A DNA stretch of 64,000 nt from Squalus acanthias (lineage: Eukaryota), in NCBI GenBank assembly GCA_030390025.1, contig JASTWF010000324.1, positions 1-64,000 on the forward strand. The letters run 5' to 3'. Under the pieces are notes generated by a model. That model saw nothing but the letters and a program-made list of their open reading frames with translations. It made no database searches and was not told the DNA's origin. The translations under genes were made by a program, and so were the position numbers. How positions within the stretch are numbered: position 1 is the stretch's first letter; every line of letters begins with the position of its first letter. Below are positions 10,304-20,700 of this stretch, piece by piece.

Positions 10304-13300
10304 TGTGGTAACACTTTTCAGCTTCCTGTATGACATCACTTCCTGTAATCAGTCCAGGATAAATACTGGACTGATCAGTTAGCTCTGGAAGAGGCATAGG
10401 GTAAGACCTCTTTTGTATGCAGCACCGTTTTAAGTTGATTAAAGCTTACATTAAGTTTACCACGCGTAAGGCTCATTCTTACGACAATTTAATCAACTTT
10501 GAAAAAACTTCGCACTCAAACTTTTTGGACGAACTCGGAGCTAAGGATCCAGGGAATCACCCATCATGGAAAACATCCTTAAACCATCGCGTCTTGACTT
10601 GGACCCAAACACCCCAGCAGCCGGTAAGGTGTGGAAACACTGGTATCGCACGTTTGAGAATTTTCTTGAGTATTGCAAAGCTGATGATAACTCAAAGTTG
10701 CGGATACTCATCAACTGTGTCACCCCGAATGTATTTCAGTATGTGGAAGACTGGGACAGTTATGAGGAGGCAATTCAGACGCTTAAGAGACTATATACTA
10801 AGACACCGAATGAGGTCTATGCTAGACATCTACTAGCTACAGCCCAACAAGGGCCGGAGGAATCCATTGATAAATTCCTCCAAGAGCTTCGCAGACTTAG
10901 TATGGACTGTAACTTTCGGGCAGCCTCAGCTGAGCTATACCGCGAAGAAATGATCCGTGATGCGTTCATCTGCGGGCTTGCCTCCCCATTTATACGCCAG
11001 CGTCTACTGGAAAGTAAGACACTTGAGCTGCAGAGAGCTTATGACCTGGCTTGCTCTCTAGATCTGGCAAAAAGAAATGCAGACCTTTTTACAGTGCCCA
11101 GACCTCGGTCTGCTGCCTTAACTACAGTCAGGCAATTTAAGAGGCCACAGGTGAACTCTATTAGGGAGGACTTTATCCCTGACGATCGATCTGATGACTT
11201 CACTGATGAAGAGGATGATGACCCCACTGTGGCAGCCTCTTGGCAATCTAAGAAATGCTTTTTTTGTGGTGATGAGTTTCACCCTCGGAGATTCTGCCCT
11301 GCTCGCAATGCGTTTTGCAGTCATTGCAACAAAAAGGGTCATTTTGTAAAGGTTTGCCTATCAAGAGCCTCTACGAGGGCTTATCAAGCTAAGTCCTACC
11401 GAACTGCCCCAGTAAGGGCCTATCAGGATGTTCCAACTAAAAACTATCGTGCTTCCTCTCGGGTTTTTTCTCGAAGAAACACACCTAGAATTTCAGCCAC
11501 TCTTTGTGCAACGACACCAATTACAGCTGCTTGTCCTCAGAATCTATTCCATGCAGCTACAAAAGCATCAATTAATGGACATACTTTAGATGCCTTAATT
11601 GACTCAGGTAGCACTGATAGTTTCATTAGGGAACAGACTGTTGCACAGTTAAAGCTACATGTTTTTCCATCGGACCAGGCAGTTGCGATGGCTCAGTCAT
11701 CACTTAATACCAGAATTTCTGGCTTCTGTGTAGTTGAAATAATGCTTAAAGGTCACAGGTATCCCTCCACCCGGCTTTCGGTGCTCAAGGACTTATGTAG
11801 TGATCTTATCTTAGGGCTGGATTTTCAAAAGCAGCATAAGAAGCTTACCATTGAGTTCGGCGGATCCAAACCTGAACTCACTATTTCTAATATACGACCT
11901 CGATTACCGTTCTGTGCCTTGTCAGCAGCTTCACTGGATGAACCCTCACTGTTTGCCAGTATCCCTCCTCGATGCAAACCGATTATAACAAAGTCACGCC
12001 GTTTCAGTCAGGAAGACCAGTCTTTTATTGCGGCTGAGATTTCTCGGCTTTTAGCAGAGGATATCATCGAGCCTTGTTCGTCGCCATGGCGCGCCCAGGT
12101 CGTTATTGTTAAGAACCCTCTACAACCTCACAAGAAACGGCTGTGCATTGACTATTCACAGACCATCAATCAGTATACGGACTTGGACGCATACCCATTG
12201 CCGCGCATCGATGATATGGTTAATAAATTGGCTGAGTACACGGTGTTCTCGACTTATGATCTGAAAAGCGCCTATCATCAGGTACCCTTGAAGGTCTCAG
12301 ACAAGCAGTATACAGCCTTTGAAGCCAATGGGCGGCTGTATCAATTTCGTCGCCTCCCCTTTGGGGTCACTAATGGAGTGGCTGTCTTCCAGCGAGCAAT
12401 GGATGACCTGGTCAAACAGGAAGACTTGAAGGATACGTTTCCTTATCTGGACAATATTACTGTCGCAGGTCGCAATCAGCAGGAACATGACGCCAATCTC
12501 CAACGATTTTGGGATGCACTCCAGCACCGTAATTTGACATTGAATGCGGCTAAATCCATTGAGTCACAACCAACTATCAACATCCTTGGCTATTGTGTGG
12601 GCAATGGCATCATTAAACCTGACCCTGAAAGGCTTCGCCCACTCCAAGAACTCCCGCCACCTAAGAATCCGGCCTCCTTGCGCCGGGCCCTCGGCCTGTT
12701 TGCATACTATGCGAAATGGATTCCTAACTTCTCGGACCGAATCCAACCTCTACTGAAGGCCAGCATATTCCCACTAGACACAACGGCTGTTGCAGCCTTT
12801 AACCTCCTGAAAAAGCAGTTGGAGAAAGCGGCTCTTCACTCCATCGATGAGAGTCTTCCTTTCGTGGTTGAGTGTGATGCCTCGGAGGTGGCAATCTCAG
12901 CCACTCTGAATCAGGAAGGTCGTCCGGTGGCATTTTTGTCCAGGACTTTTCAAGGGGCTGAGCTACATTATCCTCCAGTCGAGAAAGAAGCTACAGCCAT
13001 CATAGAGGCAGTACGGAAGTGGAGTCATCTCCTGGCTCGCCAGCACTTTACCTTAATCACGGACCAGCGATCGGTCGCCTTCATGCTCGATAATCGAAAA
13101 CGGACCAAAATTAAAAATAATAAAATCCAGCTTTGGCGGCTGGAATTGGCCTCTTTTGGTTACACCATCCACTATCGACCTGGCAAGGAGAATGTGGCTC
13201 CGGATACCCTCACACGAGCATTCTGCTCCGCCATGGCACCCTCTACGCTCGTAGACATCCATGATGGGTTGTGTCATCCAGGCGTTACTCGCATGCTGCA

Positions 13301-14723
13301 CTTCGTGCGGTCCCGAAATCTCCCATTCTCTACCGGGGATGTAAAGAAGATGTGCTCGGACTGCAGAGTCTGTGCGGAATTGAAACCTCGGTTTTTCCGC
13401 CCCTCGGGTGGTATACTCATACATGCGACCCAGCCAATGCAAAGGCTTAGCATCGATTTTAAGGGGCCGTTGCCCTCTTCGACTCGCAACACTTATCTAT
13501 TAACAATGGTTGATGAGTATTCTCGTTTTCCGTTTGCCTTTCCCTGCCCCAATATGCTGACAACCACGGTTATCAGCTGCCTTGAACAGGTATTTGCTTT
13601 CTGTGGCATGGCATCCTATGTTCATTCAGATCGGGGCCCTTCTTTTATGTCGGGAGAACTCAAGGCCTATCTCTCGGAACGGGGTATTGCTGCCAGCAAA
13701 ACGACGCCTTATCATCCGGTTGGGAATGGGCAAGTCGAGCGTTTTAACGCTATCATCTGGAATGCGGTACGTCTGGCTTTGAGATCTCGGGGCCTACCCA
13801 ACCAGCATTGGGAAGCAGTACTTCCAGACGCATTACACTCCACACGGTCCCTCCTTTCGACCGCCACAAATACGACGCCTCATGAACGGTTCTTCCGATT
13901 TCAGCGTCGCTCATCCTATGGGACATCTCTCCCGTCGTGGCTGACTGCACCGGGACCAGTGCTACTCCGAAGATATGTCCGGGCGTCTAAGAATGACCCC
14001 CTGGTAGATGAGGTTGAGCTCACTGACGTCAACCCTACCTACGCCTATATTCGGTATCCTGACGGTCGGGAATCTACCGTGTCATTGCGGGATCTGGCTC
14101 CCTGCCCGCCGAAACATAGAGGGACACCAGGGGATGATATTGTACCAAGCACATCTCTGGGCTTGCCAGGTGCCTCTCATCATGATCGGGATCTGACGCC
14201 GGCTGGTACCTCACTCCAGCGTGCCGACCTGGGGCAGACTGACTATGAGCCCGTCGGGGCTCGCACGCGCAGCCACGATCAACCCTGTACCGTACGCTCA
14301 GAAACGGATCTGCCACAGCCCTGCCTGACACCCATTCGGGTACCAGTACACAGTCAGGATCGTTCTGACCCCTCACAGAGCGGGCTGGAGCACTCGGACT
14401 CTGGTCCATGGCCCGCAGCGGGTAAACGGGCTAGGGGCCCTCTACCGCTACGAGAACCCAAACGGGTGCGGCTCTCCCTCATCCAACGGCTACGAAATGG
14501 AGGGAGCATCCCGGCCTCCTAATCTTTTGGGGGGGGAGAATGTGGTAACACTTTTCAGCTTCCTGTATGACATCACTTCCTGTAATCAGTCCAGGATAAA
14601 TACTGGACTGATCAGTTAGCTCTGGAAGAGGCATAGGGTAAGACCTCTTTTGTATGCAGCACCGTTTTAAGTTGATTAAAGCTTACATTAAGTTTACCAC
14701 GCGTAAGGCTCATTCTTACGACA
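10304..14723 (+). mobile_element. Ty3/Gypsy LTR retrotransposon, copy 2, full length 4420 bp, 5-bp TSD CTCAG
   Basis: LTRs 10304-10486 and 14541-14723 look identical; CTCAG at 10299-10303 and 14724-14728; PPT at 14529-14540. Confidence 0.98.
10566..14522 (+). CDS. Gag-Pol polyprotein, 1318 aa, same protein as copy 1
   Basis: Same translation in the ORF track; one synonymous difference seen (T3946 vs C14255). Confidence 0.96.
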   Translation: MENILKPSRLDLDPNTPAAGKVWKHWYRTFENFLEYCKADDNSKLRILINCVTPNVFQYVEDWDSYEEAIQTLKRLYTKTPNEVYARHLLATAQQGPEESIDKFLQELRRLSMDCNFRAASAELYREEMIRDAFICGLASPFIRQRLLESKTLELQRAYDLACSLDLAKRNADLFTVPRPRSAALTTVRQFKRPQVNSIREDFIPDDRSDDFTDEEDDDPTVAASWQSKKCFFCGDEFHPRRFCPARNAFCSHCNKKGHFVKVCLSRASTRAYQAKSYRTAPVRAYQDVPTKNYRASSRVFSRRNTPRISATLCATTPITAACPQNLFHAATKASINGHTLDALIDSGSTDSFIREQTVAQLKLHVFPSDQAVAMAQSSLNTRISGFCVVEIMLKGHRYPSTRLSVLKDLCSDLILGLDFQKQHKKLTIEFGGSKPELTISNIRPRLPFCALSAASLDEPSLFASIPPRCKPIITKSRRFSQEDQSFIAAEISRLLAEDIIEPCSSPWRAQVVIVKNPLQPHKKRLCIDYSQTINQYTDLDAYPLPRIDDMVNKLAEYTVFSTYDLKSAYHQVPLKVSDKQYTAFEANGRLYQFRRLPFGVTNGVAVFQRAMDDLVKQEDLKDTFPYLDNITVAGRNQQEHDANLQRFWDALQHRNLTLNAAKSIESQPTINILGYCVGNGIIKPDPERLRPLQELPPPKNPASLRRALGLFAYYAKWIPNFSDRIQPLLKASIFPLDTTAVAAFNLLKKQLEKAALHSIDESLPFVVECDASEVAISATLNQEGRPVAFLSRTFQGAELHYPPVEKEATAIIEAVRKWSHLLARQHFTLITDQRSVAFMLDNRKRTKIKNNKIQLWRLELASFGYTIHYRPGKENVAPDTLTRAFCSAMAPSTLVDIHDGLCHPGVTRMLHFVRSRNLPFSTGDVKKMCSDCRVCAELKPRFFRPSGGILIHATQPMQRLSIDFKGPLPSSTRNTYLLTMVDEYSRFPFAFPCPNMLTTTVISCLEQVFAFCGMASYVHSDRGPSFMSGELKAYLSERGIAASKTTPYHPVGNGQVERFNAIIWNAVRLALRSRGLPNQHWEAVLPDALHSTRSLLSTATNTTPHERFFRFQRRSSYGTSLPSWLTAPGPVLLRRYVRASKNDPLVDEVELTDVNPTYAYIRYPDGRESTVSLRDLAPCPPKHRGTPGDDIVPSTSLGLPGASHHDRDLTPAGTSLQRADLGQTDYEPVGARTRSHDQPCTVRSETDLPQPCLTPIRVPVHSQDRSDPSQSGLEHSDSGPWPAAGKRARGPLPLREPKRVRLSLIQRLRNGGSIPAS

Positions 14724-17700
14724 CTCAGTACTGTTATACACACACAGTCAGTGCTTGGACACTCAGTCCTGTTATACACACACAGTCAGTGCTGGGACAC
14801 TCAGTCCTGTTACACACACAGTCAGTGCTGGGACTCTCAGTCCTGTTACACACACAGTCAGTGCTGAGACACTCAGTCCTGTTACACACACAGTCAATGC
14901 TGGGACACTCAGTCCTGTTACACACACAGTCAGTGCTGGGACACTCAGTCCTGTTATACACACAGTCAGTGCTGGGACACTCAGTCCTGTTACACACACA
15001 GTCAGTGCTGGGACTCTCAGTCCTGTTACACACACAGTCAGTGCTGAGACACTCAGTCCTGTTACACACACAGTCAGTGCTGGGACACTCAGTCCTGTTA
15101 TACACACAGTCAGTGCTGGGACACTCAGTCCTGTTACACACACAGTCAGTGCTGGGACACTCAGTCCTGTTACACACACACAGTCAGTGCTGGGACACTC
15201 AGTCCTGTTACACATACAGTCAGTGCTGGGACACTCAGTCCTGTTATACACACAGTCAGTGCTGGGACACTCAGTCCTGTTATACACACAGTCAGTGCTG
15301 GGACACTCAGTCCTGTTACACACACAGTCAGTGCTGGGACACTCAGTCCTGATACGCTCACACAGTCAGTGCTGGGACACTCAGTCCTGTTACACATACA
15401 GTCAGTGCTGGGACACACAGTCCGGTTATACACACAGTCAGTGCTGGGACACTCAGTCCTGTTATACACACACAGTCAGTGCTTGGACACTCATTCCTGT
15501 TATACACACACAGTCAGTGCTGGGACACTCAGTCCTGTTACACACACAGTCAGTGCTGGGACTCTCAGTCCTGTTACACACACAGTCAGTGCTGAGACAC
15601 TCAGTCCTGTTACACACACAGTCAGTGCTGGGATACTCAGTCCTGTTATACACACAGTCAGTGCTGGGACACTCAGTCCTGTTACACAAACAGTCAGTGC
15701 TGGGACACTCAGTCCTGTTACACACACAGTCAGTGCTGGGACACTCAGTCCTGTTATACACACATGTCAGTGCTGGGACACTCAGTCCTGTTGCACACAC
15801 AGTGAGTGCTGGGACACTCAGTCCTGTTACACACACAGTCAGTGCTGGGACTCTCAGTCCTGTTATACACACACAGTCAGTGCTGGGACACTCAGTCCTG
15901 TTACACACAGAGTCATTGCTGGGACACTCAGTCCTGTTACACACACAGTCAGTGCTGGGACTCTCAGTCCTGTTACACACACAGTCAGTGCTGGGACACT
16001 CAGTCCTGTTACACACAGTCAGTGCTGGGACACTCAGTCCTGTTGCACACAGTCAGTGCTGGGACACTCAGTCCTGTTGCACACACAGGCAGTGCTGGGA
16101 CACTCAGTCCTGTTACACACAGTCAGTGCTGGCACAATTAGTCCTTTTACACACACAGTCAGTGCCTGGACACTCAGTCTTGTTACACACACAGTCAGTG
16201 CTGGGACACTCAGTCCTGTTGCACACACAGGCAGTGCCTGGACACTCAGTCCTGTTACACACACAGTCAGTGCCTGGACACTCAGTCCTGTTACACACAC
16301 ACAGTCAGTGCTGGGACACGCAGTCCTGATACACACAGTCAGTGCTGGGACACTCAGTCCTGTTATACACACAGTCAGTGCTGGGACACTCAGTCCTGTT
16401 ACACACACAGTCAGTGCTGGGACACTCAGTCCTGTTACACTCACACAGTCAGTGCTGGGACACTCAGTCCTGTTACACACACACAGTCAGTGCTGAGACA
16501 CTCAGTCCTGTTACGCTCACACAGTCAGTGCTGGGACACTCAGTCCTGTTACACATACAGTCAGTGCTGGGACACACAGTCCTGTTATACACACAGTCAG
16601 TGCTGGGACACTCAGTACTGTTATACACACACAGTCAGTGCTTGGACACTCAGTGCTGTTATACACACAGTCAGTGCTGGGACTCTCAGTCCTGTTACAC
16701 ACACAGTCAGTGCTGAGACACTCAGTCCTGTTACACACACAGTCAGTGCTGGGACACTCAGTCCTGTTATACACACAGTCAGTGCTGGGACACTCAGTAC
16801 TGTTATACACACACAGTCAGTGCTGGGACACTCAGTCCTGTTACACACACAGTCAGTGCTGGGACTCTCAGTCCTGTTACACACACAGTCAGTGCTGAGA
16901 CACTCAGTCCTGTTACACACACAGTCAGTGCTGGGACACTCAGTCCTGTTATACACACAGTCAGTGCTGGGACACTCAGTCCTGTTACACACACAGTCAG
17001 TGCTGGGACTCTCAGTCCTGTTACACACACAGTCAGTGCTGGGACACTCAGTCCTGTTACACACACAGTCAGTGCTGGGACACTCAGTCCTGTTACACAC
17101 ACACAGTCAGTGCTGGGACACTCAGTCCTGTTACACATACAGTCAGTGCTGGGACACACTGTCCTGTTATACACACAGTCAGTGCTGGGACACTCAGTCC
17201 TGTTATACACACACAGTCAGTGCTTGGACACTCAGTGCTGCAATACACACACAGTCAGTGCTGGGACACTCAGTCCTGTTACACACACAGTCAGTGCTGG
17301 GACTCTCAGTCCTGTTACACACACAGTCAGTGCTGAGACACTCAGTCCTGTTACACACACAGTCAGTGCTGGGACACTCAGTCCTGTTATACACACAGTC
17401 AGTGCTGGGACACTCAGTCCTGTTACACATACAGTCAGTGCTGGGACACTCAGTCCTGTTGCACTCACACAGTCAGTGCTGGGACACTCAGTCCTGTTAC
17501 ACACACACAGTCAGTGCTGGGACACTCAGTCCTGTTGCACACACAGTCAGTGCTGGGACACTCAGTCCTGTTATACACACACAGTCAGTGCTGGGACACT
17601 CAGTCCTGTTACGCTCACACAGTCAGTGCTGGGACACTCAGTCCTGTTACACACACAGTCAGTGCTGGGACTCTCAGTCCTGTTACACACACAGTCAGTG

Positions 17701-20700
17701 CTGAGACACTCAGTCCTGTTACACACACAGTCAGTGCTGGGACACTCAGTCCTGTTACACACACACAGTCAGTGTTGGGACACTCAGTCCTGTTACACAC
17801 ACAATCAGTGCTGGGACACTCAGTCCTGTTACACACAGGCAGTGCTGGGACACTCAGTCCTGTTACATACACACAGTCAGTGCTGGGACACTCAGTCCTG
17901 TTACACACACAGTCAGTGCTGGGACACTCAGTCCTGTTACACACACAGTCAGTGCTGGGACACTCAGTCCTGTTACACACACACAGTCAGTGCTGGGACA
18001 CTCAATCCTGTTACACACACAGTCAGTGCTGGGACACTCAGTCCTGTTACACACACACAGTCAGTGCTGGGACACTCAGTCCTGTTACACATACAGTCAG
18101 TGCTGGGACACTCAGTCCTGTTATACACACACAGTCAGTGCTTGGACACTCAGTGCTGCAATACACATACAGTCAGTGCTGGGACACTCAGTCCTGTTGC
18201 ACTCACACAGTCAGTGCTGGGACACTCAGTCCTGTTACACACACACAGTCAGTGCTGGGACACTCAGTCCTGTTGCACACACAGTCAGTGCTGGGACACT
18301 CAGTCCTGTTATACACACACAGTCAGTGCTGGGACACTCAGTCCTGTTACGCTCACACAGTCAGTGCTGGGACACTCAGTCCTGTTACACACACAGTCAG
18401 TGCTGGGACTCTCAGTCCTGTTACACACACAGTCAGTGCTGAGACACTCAGTCCTGTTACACACACAGTCAGTGCTGGGACACTCAGTCCTGTTACACAC
18501 ACACAGTCAGTGTTGGGACACTCAGTCCTGTTACACACACAATCAGTGCTGGGACACTCAGTCCTGTTACACACAGGCAGTGCTGGGACACTCAGTCCTG
18601 TTACATACACACAGTCAGTGCTGGGACACTCAGTCCTGTTACACACACAGTCAGTGCTGGGACACTCAGTCCTGTTACACACACAGTCAGTGCTGGGACA
18701 CTCAGTCCTGTTACACACACACAGTCAGTGCTGGGACACTCAATCCTGTTACACACACAGTCAGTGCTGGGACACTCAGTCCTGTTACACACACAGTCAG
18801 TGCTGGGACACTCAGTCCTGTTACACATACAGTCAGTGCTGGGACACTCAGTCCTGTTATACACACACAGTCAGTGCTTGGACACTCAGTGCTGCAATAC
18901 ACACACAGTCAGTGCTGGGACACTCAGTCCTGTTACACACACAGTCAGTGCTGGGACTCTCAGTCCTGTTACACACACAGTCAGTGCTGAGACACTCAGT
19001 CCTGTTACACACACAGTCAGTGCTGGGACACTCAGTCCTGTTATACACACAGTCAGTGCTGGGACACTCAGTCCTGTTACACATACAGTCACTGCTGGGA
19101 CACTCAGTCCTGTTGCACTCACACAGTCAGTGCTGGGACACTCAGTCCTGTTACACACACACAGTCAGTGCTGGGACACTCAGTCCTGTTACACACACAG
19201 TCAGTGCTGGGACACTCAGTCCTGTTATACACACACAGTCAGTGCTGGGACACTCAGTCCTGTTACGCTCACACAGTCAGTGCTGGGACACTCAGTCCTG
19301 TTACACACACAGTCATGCTGGGACTCTCAGTCCTGTTACACACACAGTCAGTGCTGAGACACTCAGTCCTGTTACACACACAGTCAGTGCTGGGACACTC
19401 AGTCCTGTTACACACACACACAGTCAGTGTTGGGACACTCAGTCCTGTTACACACAGGCAGTGCTGGGACACTCAGTCCTGTTACATACACACAGTCAGT
19501 GCTGGGACACTCAGTCCTGTTACACACACAGTCAGTGCTGGGACACTCAGTCCTGTTACACACACAGTCAGTGCTGGGACACTCAGTCCTGTTACACACA
19601 GTCAGTGCTGGGACACTCAGTCCTGTTACACACACAGTCAGTGCTGGGACACTCAGTCCTGTTATACACACATGTCAGTGCTGGGACACTCAGTCCTGTT
19701 ACACACACAGTGAGTGCTGGGACACTCAGTCCTGTTACACACACAGTCAGTGCTGGGACTCTCAGTCCTGTTATACACACACAGTCAGTGCTGGGACACT
19801 CAGTCCTGTTACACACAGAGTCATTGCTGGGACACTCAGTCCTGTTATACACACACAGGCAGTGCTGGGACACTCAGTCCTGTTACACACAGTCAGTGCT
19901 GGGACACTCAGTCCTGTTACACACACAGTCAGTGCTGGGACACTCAGTCCTGTTATACACACATGTCAGTGCTGGGACACTCAGTCCTGTTACACACACA
20001 GTGAGTGCTGGGACACTCAGTCCTGTTACACACACAGTCAGTGCTGGGACTCTCAGTCCTGTTATACACACACAGTCAGTGCTGGGACACTCAGTCCTGT
20101 TACACACAGAGTCATTGCTGGGACACTCAGTCCTGTTATACACACAGTCAGTGCTGGGACACTCAGTCCTGTTACACACAAAGTCAGTGCTGGGACTCTC
20201 AGTCCTGTTACACACACAGTCAGTGCTGGGACACTCAGTCCTGTTACACACAGTCAGTGCTGGGACACTCAGTCCTGTTACACACACAGTCAGTGCTGGG
20301 ACACTCAGTCCTGTTACACACAGTCAGTGCTGGGACACTCAGTCCTGTTACACACACAGTCAGTGCTGGGACACTCAGTCCTGTTACACACAGTCAGTGC
20401 TGGGACACTCAGTCCTGTTACACACACAGTCAGTCCTGTTACACACAGTCAGTGCTGGGACACTCAGTCCTGTTACACACACAGTCAGTGCTGGGACACT
20501 CAGTCCTGTTACACACACAGTCAGTGCTGGGACACTCAGTCCTGTTACACACACAGTCAGTGCTGGGACACTCAGTCCTGTTACACACACATTTAGTGCT
20601 GGGACACTCAGTCCTGTTACACACAGTCAGTGCTGGGACACTCAGTCCTGTTACACACACACAGTCAGTGCTGGGACACTCAGTCCTGTTACACACACAC

